NCBI GenBank assembly: GCA_964365025.1
Contig: CAYIOJ010000001.1
Span: forward strand, 42,475 to 106,474
Reading direction: 5' to 3'
DNA length: 64,000 bases
Source: an uncultured Gammaproteobacteria bacterium
GTDB taxonomy: Bacteria; Patescibacteriota; Patescibacteriia; Magasanikbacterales; UBA10003
Notes under the pieces: model-generated
The model's database searches: none
What the model was told of the DNA's origin: nothing
The model's input: only the letters and a program-made list of their open reading frames with translations
Made by a program: the position numbers and the translations under genes
Shown: one piece after another, positions 56,279 to 64,000 of the stretch
How positions within the stretch are numbered: the first letter of the stretch is position 1
How the letters are laid out: the number at the start of each line of letters is the position of its first letter

Positions 56279-58570
56279 TTAATTCTTATCTAATTTATAA
56301 TCTTTAATAAATTTATCCACTTCCGGTTTAATCTGCGGAGCCAAAGAAATAATTTGATTGGCTGTTTCCCAGGCCTGTTTTTTATCGCCATTCAAAGCAT
56401 AAGCAGTGGCTAATTTAATATACCAATTGATATTTTCTGGTTCGGAGTTGACCAACTTTTCGTATTCTTCAATCAATTTTGGATAATTCTTGGCCAAACC
56501 ATACAAATCCAAAATATATTGTTTCTGATTCTGGTTTAAATCATAACCTAATTCCTGGAATTTTTCAATCTCGACCAGCCCCTCTTGCAATTGACCGGCC
56601 GCCACATAAGTCAACCCCAAAAACCAATGACTCAAAGCAACTTCCGGCGCCAACTCCACTGCCTGTTTTTGTACTTTCACCGCTTGATCAAAATTTTTCT
56701 CTAAAAGATAAAGACGGCCCAATAAAAATAAAATCTCTTGCTTTTGAGGGGAAATAATCTGCGCCGACAACAAATTCTTTTCTGCCATTTTATAATATTT
56801 GCTGTCAATCTGCTCTCCTAAAACCATATATACTTGACCGGCCCAAGCGTGGAAAGACAGGTTTTGAGGATTTTTAACAGCTGATTTTTCTAAAACTTCG
56901 GCAATCATCAGAGCAATTTTTTCAATTTCTTTGTTGTTAGTCACGGCATTGGCCTTATTAAATTGAGTAAATTGTTCGGCTAAAAAAATAGCGTCTTCCG
57001 CGACAAAAGGATTGGCAATGGTTAAAACTTTTGTGGCATGCGTAGACCAATCCGCTAGATTGCCGCTTAATTCAGCTTGCCGCATGTGATAAGAAGACCG
57101 CAATGGCAGATAAAAAGCGCGATAAAATAAAAAAATAAAAAACAACAAAAGCCCAAATTTAAATATAATAGCGCGCGTGGATGAGCCAACGGGCGCGTCC
57201 ACTTGACTGGTAATTTTTGAGCGGCGCGCGGCGGAAATATACGCCAACAACATAATCCACAAAATTAAACTGTTTGAGGTTTCAAATAAAAACAAATCAA
57301 ATGCCAAATAAGCGGCGAGAGTCGAAATTAAAGCAATTTTCGCGCTGTTTGGTAATACAGATGAAATATTTTCCCGCCATAATAAATAATAAAAAGCAAA
57401 AAATAAAATAGCGAGGTAGCTGATGAACCCGACTGCGCCGGCGGAATCGACTATTTCCAAAAGCCAATTGTGCGGCTTGTCCCAAACCGTCTCGGTAAAA
57501 CCATATTGTAATAATTTTGGATTAAAATATTTATCAAAAATTAAATTAAAATTACCCATTCCCCAACCCAACAACGGCCTCTCTTTAAACCCAGCCCAAG
57601 CCATCTGCCAAACCAGCAACCGCGTTTCGCTGGTACCAGAGATATAACCAACTGGATTAAATAAATTGGCTAAGTGAGGAGCGCGAAATTGAATAAATCT
57701 TTGTTGGGAAATAAAAAACAGAACAAAAAATAAAATTATAAATGACAGAAATGAAGTGGCAATGATTATTTTTTGTTTTTTGGATTGCAAAATAAAAAAA
57801 GCGACTATGAGGCCGACAAAAACGCCAAAAATTAATCCAACTAAAGCGCCTCGATTACCACTTTGCCAAATAACAAATAAAAACAGCGCGGCCGAGGCCA
57901 AATAAAGCCAACGCCATTTATTTCTATAAATTAAAAACAAATAAACAGCCAAGCCCATTGCTAAAAGTAAATAGCCGGCTAAAAAAGCGCGATTGCCAAT
58001 AATACCGCCGCCGGCAATGCTCTGCCAGTTCACCGGGAGAATTTCTGGCCAAAGAGCGGACAAGGAGACGAGGGCGGCTGTCAAGATGGCGAAGAAAAAA
58101 AAAGTATGAGATTGTTTCGTCGCTCCGCCGGTGGCGGAGCTCCTCGCAATGACATTATGAGAATAAAAAAAACTAACCAGTAAAAAATAAAAAGCGCCAA
58201 AATGCAGCCAGGTAAAAACCCCATTGGCGCGCGCTTGATTACCCCAAAAGCTATTGGACGGATTAACGCCGATAAAGGAAGTGATGATGAGAGCGGCAAG
58301 AAAAATAAGAATTGACCAATCAAGTTTATTGAGCCGACATGTTTTAGATCCCTCGACTTCGCTTCGCTTCCTGCCTGCCGGCAGGCAGGGCGCTCGGGAT
58401 GACAAATAATTATACAGCCACAAAACCACCAAAAACTCCACAACAATCTGAAAAATTATCGTTTTGCCAAAATGCCAAGGAAAAAAGGTAAACGGCGTAA
58501 ATAAGAGCGGCAAAAATACAATAAAGTACAATCCGTATTTTAAAAATGTGTCAAATTTTGTAGAAAACAT
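56279..58570 (-). CDS. Second O-antigen ligase-like (Wzy_C) membrane protein with C-terminal TPRs; candidate O-oligosaccharyltransferase
   Basis: GIIGN, NRGA, TRLLVW, RPLLGWG.GNF, DKPHNWLLE; TPR tail. Start reassigned to the ATG at 58570. Confidence 0.8.
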   Translation of the reverse strand: MFSTKFDTFLKYGLYFIVFLPLLFTPFTFFPWHFGKTIIFQIVVEFLVVLWLYNYLSSRAPCLPAGRKRSEVEGSKTCRLNKLDWSILIFLAALIITSFIGVNPSNSFWGNQARANGVFTWLHFGAFYFLLVSFFYSHNVIARSSATGGATKQSHTFFFFAILTAALVSLSALWPEILPVNWQSIAGGGIIGNRAFLAGYLLLAMGLAVYLFLIYRNKWRWLYLASAALFLFVIWQSGNRGALVGLIFGVFVGLIVAFFILQSKKQKIIIATSFLSFIILFFVLFFISQQRFIQFRAPHLANLFNPVGYISGTSETRLLVWQMAWAGFKERPLLGWGMGNFNLIFDKYFNPKLLQYGFTETVWDKPHNWLLEIVDSAGAVGFISYLAILFFAFYYLLWRENISSVLPNSAKIALISTLAAYLAFDLFLFETSNSLILWIMLLAYISAARRSKITSQVDAPVGSSTRAIIFKFGLLLFFIFLFYRAFYLPLRSSYHMRQAELSGNLADWSTHATKVLTIANPFVAEDAIFLAEQFTQFNKANAVTNNKEIEKIALMIAEVLEKSAVKNPQNLSFHAWAGQVYMVLGEQIDSKYYKMAEKNLLSAQIISPQKQEILFLLGRLYLLEKNFDQAVKVQKQAVELAPEVALSHWFLGLTYVAAGQLQEGLVEIEKFQELGYDLNQNQKQYILDLYGLAKNYPKLIEEYEKLVNSEPENINWYIKLATAYALNGDKKQAWETANQIISLAPQIKPEVDKFIKDYKLDKN
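58109..58154 (-). repeat. TGTCAT-tagged palindromic element, copy 2, with nested GCTCCGCC-3-GGCGGAGC hairpin (in frame, encodes VIARSSATGGATKQS)
   Basis: Minus strand TGTCATTGCGAGGAGCTCCGCCACCGGCGGAGCGACGAAACAATCT. Confidence 0.8.
58346..58404 (-). repeat. TGTCAT-tagged palindromic element, copy 3, with nested perfect 20-bp palindrome CCTGCCTGCCGGCAGGCAGG (in frame, encodes SSRAPCLPAGRKRSEVEGS)
   Basis: Minus strand TGTCATCCCGAGCG-[CCTGCCTGCCGGCAGGCAGG]-AAGCGAAGCGAAGTCGAGGGATCT. Confidence 0.85.
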
Positions 58571-58601
58571 AATCAATAATAACCTTATCAAAAATCAGCT
58601 A

Positions 58602-58642
58602 TAAAATCAACAACCCCTCGTTTTTAGTACGAGGGGTTGTTG
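58602..58642 (-). terminator. Strong terminator downstream of the S-layer-like gene
   Basis: Perfect 14-bp stem CAACAACCCCTCGT/ACGAGGGGTTGTTG, followed by ATTTTAT on the minus strand. Confidence 0.8.
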
Positions 58643-58677
58643 GGTGATAGTTTTACGCTACTATCAAACAGAGTTCA

Positions 58678-61600
58678 TTAATAGGTGAAGGTCTTCCAGA
58701 CGAGCGGCAGGTCTTGGCTCATAGAAGTTATGCCACCGGCTGCAGCAATGCCATCAGTCCAACCTATGTCAGCTGAACCCATACGGATAGACAAGGTCTT
58801 GGTTGAAGCTGAATCGGTAGTGTCCAGAGTGACATAGAAGGTCTTGGAAGCGCCGGAAGCTATTTCAACATCAGTCATACCGCCGTCATTAAAGGCAGTA
58901 TTACCAAAAGTTTGCTTCTGACCCTCAGTTGCCGTATTCACGAAGTTGGAAGTTCCCAAAGCAGTGGTGCTTAAACTATCCTTGTATAGATTAATAGCGC
59001 GAGGGGTAATGAGACCGGCCACCTGTGAAATTGTAGTGGACATATCAAAGTTCACATAATTCACAGTGGCAGTGTAGGCGCCGCTATTAGCCAGGTTGGT
59101 AACAACAAACTTAGCCACGGTCTGCGCTGAAGACGGAGATGATGCGCCAGACGGAGTATCAGTTGCCCAAGCAGTTGTCAGTTTGGCGCGATACAAGGTG
59201 GTCGTAGCCGCAAAGGCATTACCACCGGTAGTGGCGCCGGCAGCGGCATAAATATTAGCCGTTCCGCTTTGTGAGACTGTAGCGGTGATAGATTGTCCGG
59301 AAGATGCGCCAGTAGCGGTTATCGGGCTGTTAATGGTAGCTGGAGTGCCATAGTAATCGGCCAATATACCCACTTCAACAGTTTGACCGGTTGTAGACAA
59401 ACCAAGTGATTCATAAGTGGTCGCATCAGCTTTTACCACTAAAACTTTAGACACGCCTTTGGCAATATTCAAGCTTAAACCGGAGAAAATTGCGTGCTCA
59501 TAGGTAGTAGTGGCAGTAGTTGAATCGGAGTTGAAAGAAGCCACGGCTGAACCAATAATAGTATTGGTTTCATTATCATAGAGTCGGATATTATACCAAG
59601 TACCGGTAGTGGCGGCGGTTACCAATTTAGAACTAACCACTAACTGGGAGATATTGATGGCTTCAGTTGAGCTAGCCGCAATCTTGAATCTGGCAATGGT
59701 CTGATCCACCGAACCAAGCAAATAATTGTTAGCTACCGGAGTGTCAGAATCTGTTGTTATCATAAAAGCGCCAGCAGAAGAAACATAATTCTGTTGCAGA
59801 GCAACATCAGCTGCGCTGGCCAAGCTGGCAGAGGTGCCAGTGTCATAACCAGTGGCAGTGATTGAATCAATTTCAATTAACACATCGGCCGTGGTTAAAG
59901 CAGTTTTCAGATCAGCAAAGACATCAACCACATACTGCGCGCCGGCATTAATTTTAACAGCCGGAGAAACATTGAAGGAATAAGTGTTAAGAGTGGTACA
60001 AGTGCCGGAAGGATTGGCATAAGTTGTGCCCAATTGCACTCCAGCGCTATTCTTCAAAGTTAAATTCTGCAAGTGGTCGCCAATACAATTGGTGGTGTCA
60101 TTGTCAGCTAAAACAATCTGTGACACATTGACCGCTTCGCCAGAACCGGCGGTAATCACTAATGAAGCAACCTTCATTTGTGACGCGTTAACCGGGCCGG
60201 TTGGCGTGCCAGATGATCCATTACCAAATGAAGCATTCTTGCCGGCAGTCACCGTGCCGGTCTTTACAGCCAAGGCATTGGCATTTTGAGCCACCGTGCT
60301 GATAGAAGACAAGGAAACCGTGCCTTGAGCGTTAGAAGAACCAAGCACCAAACCGGTAGTATAGGTTTCTACGCCAGTGATTTCGCTATCTGTGGTATCA
60401 GCCACTATCTTAACTGCGGCAGTTTTGCCAGCTTTAATAATAAAGCTGCTGCCAAAAGTGCCCCATCCGGTATCAGCTACGCCAGCGGTCTCTAACAAAG
60501 CAATGGTAGTGCCGACCTGGGAGCCATCAACCAGCAAACGAACATTGACCAATTCATCACCGGCGGAAGTACAAGTACCGGTACAAGTTGAAGACACGCT
60601 CAAACTGGAAACCTTAACATCTTCGCCATTGGCTTTCCAGTTGAATTTAGCCAAAGTAACACTGGTGGCTCCATCCGGGATATTGCCGGTTGGGGAATCA
60701 GTGGCTAAGGTTTGAGTCAAAGTGCCGGTATTGATGGCATAATTGACAGCCGTACCAGAGGTATTTGGCTCAATAACCGAGAAACTTTCAGAACTGGCTG
60801 ACGAAAGTGTCTTGATAAACACATTGTAGCCCTTATCGTATTGCAAGATATCAGAATTGTTCTGAATAGTGGCGCGGAAATTGCGATTGGTGCCGCCAAC
60901 CACATCAGTCTTCAAGCTAAGAATCTTAGTCTGACCTTTAGTCACCAAATAAGGACTGGCTGACAAATCAAAAGTAATGGTTTTATCAGCAGCCATTTCA
61001 GCAACTGCGGAACCGATATTGCTAACGCCGTCAGACAAGATAAAATTCTTCAAATCGCCAACATTGAGAGAACCAACTAAAGTAAAGACAACCTTTCTCA
61101 CCTCCACATCCTGATTGGTATTGGCCGCTTGCACTCTCCAAATCTCAAAGCCATTTGTTCCAGGATCAACTGTGCCTGCGGCTGAAGGGCTTGAGCTGGT
61201 CCAAACCAATTTAGCCAGATCAGTTATTTCAGCGGTGGTGAAAGTACTGCCAACCAAGGGGAAAGTACCGGAAACTGTTCCGCTCGCCAATACTACATCA
61301 CTGGAAGCATTGACCGAGAAAGTAAGAGTTTTGCCAGAATTTACATCCACTTCTTTAAGGTCAAGTTTGACGGTTATTACCTTGGAAGTACCTTTGCTAA
61401 CAGTGAAAAGACCGGCGCTGTTGGAAAAAGTTATCACATTAGAAGCAATTGCCGGATTGCTGATCAATCTGGTTTCACCGTCAAAAAGATACATGTTGCT
61501 GATATCAGTGTCAGCCGAAACACCACCTCTTTTAACTTTAATATCAGTTACTTTCGCATCACCATCAGCAGCCGCGGTGAATGACAACTTTAACACCGGG

Positions 61601-62454
61601 ATCAAGGCCTGCGCGCCGCCGCCAGTAGAATCATCAGACACAATCGTAGTTGCTACCGGCTGATCGCTGGCCAAACTCACAGTCAAACCAGAACCGGAAG
61701 TTGTGGTGGTTGTGCCGCCAGTGCCTGTTCCTACTGCCGCTCCTGTGCCAGCCACTGTTTTCAAAGTAGCGTCAGCAGCCAGGTCAGCGCCGGCAGTGTA
61801 TCCATCCAAATTGGCAGCTAACACCGCGTATTTGGTCTGGAAACCATTGGCAGCCAACACATCAGCAGACACTTTTTGTTTGCTGTTGGCGGCATTGACA
61901 TAGAAATAATCAGAGCCGACCTTCACCAACGCGCCAACCGGATAGGAGGCGGTGTTGACAGAAGAGCCAACTTTATAGACATAAGGGAAAATGCTTGGGT
62001 CAACATCATGAACTTTTTTGGCCCAATCATTGCCAAACAATGATTTGGCAATCGCTTCTGTTTCAATCCAGCGGATGCTTCCACCGGGTTCAACAGCGTA
62101 TACTTTTGGATCGGTCTGAATCTTCACCAATTGGGTGCCGGCTTTGTAAGCCACAGTGCCGCCAATGGTGATATTGCCCATTTGGGCGTCTGGAATTTTC
62201 TTCACCACGGTCCAATCTTTGTACCAGGAAAAGAAAACTTTATCGGTTGGGAAAGTATAGCGTTTGCCATCAGCGGAATAGTAAAACACATTCTTGGTGG
62301 AAGTGCCCTGAATCACATCGCCGGCAACCAAAGCCACATCGGCCTTGACAACCAACGGCGCGACCAAAGCGGCAAAACCAATTGACCAAAGAATTGTGGT
62401 GAACACTACACTCACAGTCAACGCTTTCTTTCCGATTTTTAATACATCGGTCAT
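58678..62454 (-). CDS. Large secreted Thr/Ser/Ala-rich surface (S-layer-like) protein
   Basis: Signal peptide ending VKA; N-terminal DGKRYTFP...FFSWY domain of the type I recall from CPR surface proteins; repeated beta-rich Ig-like units; strong terminator. Confidence 0.7.
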   Translation of the reverse strand: MTDVLKIGKKALTVSVVFTTILWSIGFAALVAPLVVKADVALVAGDVIQGTSTKNVFYYSADGKRYTFPTDKVFFSWYKDWTVVKKIPDAQMGNITIGGTVAYKAGTQLVKIQTDPKVYAVEPGGSIRWIETEAIAKSLFGNDWAKKVHDVDPSIFPYVYKVGSSVNTASYPVGALVKVGSDYFYVNAANSKQKVSADVLAANGFQTKYAVLAANLDGYTAGADLAADATLKTVAGTGAAVGTGTGGTTTTTSGSGLTVSLASDQPVATTIVSDDSTGGGAQALIPVLKLSFTAAADGDAKVTDIKVKRGGVSADTDISNMYLFDGETRLISNPAIASNVITFSNSAGLFTVSKGTSKVITVKLDLKEVDVNSGKTLTFSVNASSDVVLASGTVSGTFPLVGSTFTTAEITDLAKLVWTSSSPSAAGTVDPGTNGFEIWRVQAANTNQDVEVRKVVFTLVGSLNVGDLKNFILSDGVSNIGSAVAEMAADKTITFDLSASPYLVTKGQTKILSLKTDVVGGTNRNFRATIQNNSDILQYDKGYNVFIKTLSSASSESFSVIEPNTSGTAVNYAINTGTLTQTLATDSPTGNIPDGATSVTLAKFNWKANGEDVKVSSLSVSSTCTGTCTSAGDELVNVRLLVDGSQVGTTIALLETAGVADTGWGTFGSSFIIKAGKTAAVKIVADTTDSEITGVETYTTGLVLGSSNAQGTVSLSSISTVAQNANALAVKTGTVTAGKNASFGNGSSGTPTGPVNASQMKVASLVITAGSGEAVNVSQIVLADNDTTNCIGDHLQNLTLKNSAGVQLGTTYANPSGTCTTLNTYSFNVSPAVKINAGAQYVVDVFADLKTALTTADVLIEIDSITATGYDTGTSASLASAADVALQQNYVSSAGAFMITTDSDTPVANNYLLGSVDQTIARFKIAASSTEAINISQLVVSSKLVTAATTGTWYNIRLYDNETNTIIGSAVASFNSDSTTATTTYEHAIFSGLSLNIAKGVSKVLVVKADATTYESLGLSTTGQTVEVGILADYYGTPATINSPITATGASSGQSITATVSQSGTANIYAAAGATTGGNAFAATTTLYRAKLTTAWATDTPSGASSPSSAQTVAKFVVTNLANSGAYTATVNYVNFDMSTTISQVAGLITPRAINLYKDSLSTTALGTSNFVNTATEGQKQTFGNTAFNDGGMTDVEIASGASKTFYVTLDTTDSASTKTLSIRMGSADIGWTDGIAAAGGITSMSQDLPLVWKTFTY

Positions 62455-62493
62455 AAAATAATTAATTCTTGCGAATCGTGGTGATTAAGAAGT

Positions 62494-62520
62494 GGATCCC
62501 GAATCAAGTTCGGGATGACA
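62494..62520 (-). repeat. TGTCAT-tagged palindromic element, copy 4 (intergenic, upstream of the S-layer-like gene)
   Basis: Minus strand TGTCATCCCGAACTTGATTCGGGATCC with an 8-bp stem ATCCCGAA/TTCGGGAT; abuts a TGACAC/GTGTCA hairpin. Confidence 0.8.
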
Positions 62521-62700
62521 CTGCCGTGTCACTTTAGACCCGCTATTTAATTTTTAAGCAGTTCCCCTCTGGTTTCCCAGAGTCGACCTTTGGTCTCCTG
62601 CCACTCGCCCCCTCCGGCAAGGATTTTTTTTAATTAAGGACAGTCCCTCCGAAAGCCCTAAAGTTGAAATTGTTCTAATGAGTAACATTAACAATTCCAG
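62521..62700 (-). other. Candidate structured leader/ncRNA upstream of the S-layer-like gene
   Basis: Minus-strand hairpins CTCTGG-GAAA-CCAGAG, GACC-AAA-GGTC, TCC(T)TGCC/GGCAGGA and GAATTGTT/AACAATTT in GC-rich noncoding sequence. Confidence 0.4.
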
Positions 62701-62710
62701 CTTTAAAGCT

Positions 62711-63994
62711 CTATTTGATGGAACTCGTGACGCCGCTGGTCGGCTTAACTGCCGGTACAGTCAAAATACTTTCAATATTATTACTTTCGCCAGAACTCGT
62801 CGCGCTCGCGCCAATCTTCGCGTCAACAGTTGGCAAAGTGCTGGTGACAATCTCTTGCATCGGGGCTTTCAAAATCACCGCGGCATCGGCTTTTACTTCC
62901 GCCACCTGCGTCAAGGCGGTACCTTCCCTTAATTTATCCATGGCGCCATTAAAATTATCTTTAGCCAATTCATCTTTAGCTTGATTCAAGGCTTCTTTAG
63001 CCACTCCCGCGCTTTCTTTGGCCGGCGCCATTAAAGTAGCGGCATCTTGCTGTTCTTTTTTAGTTGTCGGTACGCCTGATGGCGTTGAAGTAACAATAGT
63101 GTTGATTTGTATTTCCACTTGGTTGACTTTCACTTCCAAGGCCTTTAATTTGCTGTCTACAGCGTTTTTAACTTCTTGCGCCGGCATTGTCGCTCCATCG
63201 GCTTGATGTTTTTCCACCATCACCTCTACAGCTTTCACGCCGGTTTCCACTGTGGTGGCTGTAGCTTGCTTAACCTGCTCTTGCACAGACAAAGCGCCTG
63301 TTAAAGGAGTTGGTTCTGTTTTCACATCAACTTTCAAATCCTCTTTGGTTTGCTCCAATGATTTTTGAATTTCAGTTGTTTTTTGCTCCACGACTTTTGC
63401 CACCTCCACGGCCTGATTGGCGGAAACGCTGGACGGTTGAGGCGCGTTATTTTTCATCGCGTCCAAATTACCTTTCACTTGTTCCAGATCCTTTTTCAAA
63501 TGCGTCACCGCTTCTTCCACTTTTATTTTCTTATCTTTTTTGGACAAATTGCTTTTAACGATTTTTTTCACTTCTTCAGCTCGTCGGCCGGCAAATTCAG
63601 CGCGCAATTTTGTTTCCTGCGGTTTGGAGGCTAAAGTCGTTTGCACATTTTCAGTGGCTAATTTTACAGAATACATGGCGTCTCCGGGCAAGCTATCATA
63701 TGACGCGCTCACGGTCGTCACCCAACCACCAGTCACTAAACTAATGACCAAAATCATCACTGCCATCGGCTTAATTACATAGGATACTGCTTGGCGCGGC
63801 ATAAACACATTCATGAAATTCCAGACCTGCGCAAAATGCCAAGAGGGCGCTGCGGTTTTGGCCGGCGCTAAAGTATTTTTGATTTGCATGAGTAAAACCT
63901 CGCGATTGCCTTTCAGCCAGTCAGCGCGAGGAGACCCCACACCTTGCAAGGTATGAAGTGATTTGATTTGATTTTTGAGTTCGCTATTAAACAT
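62711..63994 (-). CDS. DUF5667-like single-TM protein (possible anti-sigma-type membrane protein)
   Basis: Single TM followed by SLPGDAMYSVKLATE...RR.EE signature and coiled coil; Thr/Ser-rich tail. Confidence 0.65.
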   Translation of the reverse strand: MFNSELKNQIKSLHTLQGVGSPRADWLKGNREVLLMQIKNTLAPAKTAAPSWHFAQVWNFMNVFMPRQAVSYVIKPMAVMILVISLVTGGWVTTVSASYDSLPGDAMYSVKLATENVQTTLASKPQETKLRAEFAGRRAEEVKKIVKSNLSKKDKKIKVEEAVTHLKKDLEQVKGNLDAMKNNAPQPSSVSANQAVEVAKVVEQKTTEIQKSLEQTKEDLKVDVKTEPTPLTGALSVQEQVKQATATTVETGVKAVEVMVEKHQADGATMPAQEVKNAVDSKLKALEVKVNQVEIQINTIVTSTPSGVPTTKKEQQDAATLMAPAKESAGVAKEALNQAKDELAKDNFNGAMDKLREGTALTQVAEVKADAAVILKAPMQEIVTSTLPTVDAKIGASATSSGESNNIESILTVPAVKPTSGVTSSIK

Positions 63995-64000
63995 TTTGAT

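Noticed and set aside
1-64000. Alternative genetic code (UGA=Gly, as in Gracilibacteria/Absconditabacteria)
   Set aside because: Full-length ORFs translate in code 11, and TGA ends several genes in ATGA overlaps

Overview
This window is a low-GC bacterial segment in standard code (TGA used as a stop). It is probably Patescibacteria/CPR (Parcubacteria-like); that assignment is inferred from gene style, the surface protein and the DUF5667-like gene. Bases ~750-48,200 form a ~47 kb, almost entirely minus-strand surface-glycan locus in about three transcription units. It encodes CDP-glucose, heptose, nonulosonate-like, UDP-xylose and polyprenyl-phosphoribose enzymes, glycosyltransferases of the GT2, GT4 and GT-C types, methyltransferases and an amidotransferase. 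Unusually, it also encodes eight radical SAM enzymes (4 SPASM/twitch-type, 4 cobalamin-binding) and two thiamine-diphosphate systems (an acetolactate-synthase/YerE-like enzyme, and an E1alpha/E1beta pair without E2/E3). A GC-richer four-gene islet (HD, Nudix-like, EamA, HAD) splits the locus. To the right lie two O-antigen-ligase/O-OTase-like TPR proteins, a GC-rich myxobacterial-style Cys-repeat lipoprotein, a 1258-aa S-layer-like protein with a structured upstream region, and a DUF5667-like gene. Together these suggest a protein (S-layer) glycosylation system building unusual branched or C-methylated sugars. A family of TGTCAT-tagged palindromic elements, some with nested palindromes, sits in frame inside both ligase genes. 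Two pairs of overlapping divergent promoters are visible. No rRNA, tRNA, CRISPR array or transposase was seen. All product calls come from motif recognition by eye, not database searches.
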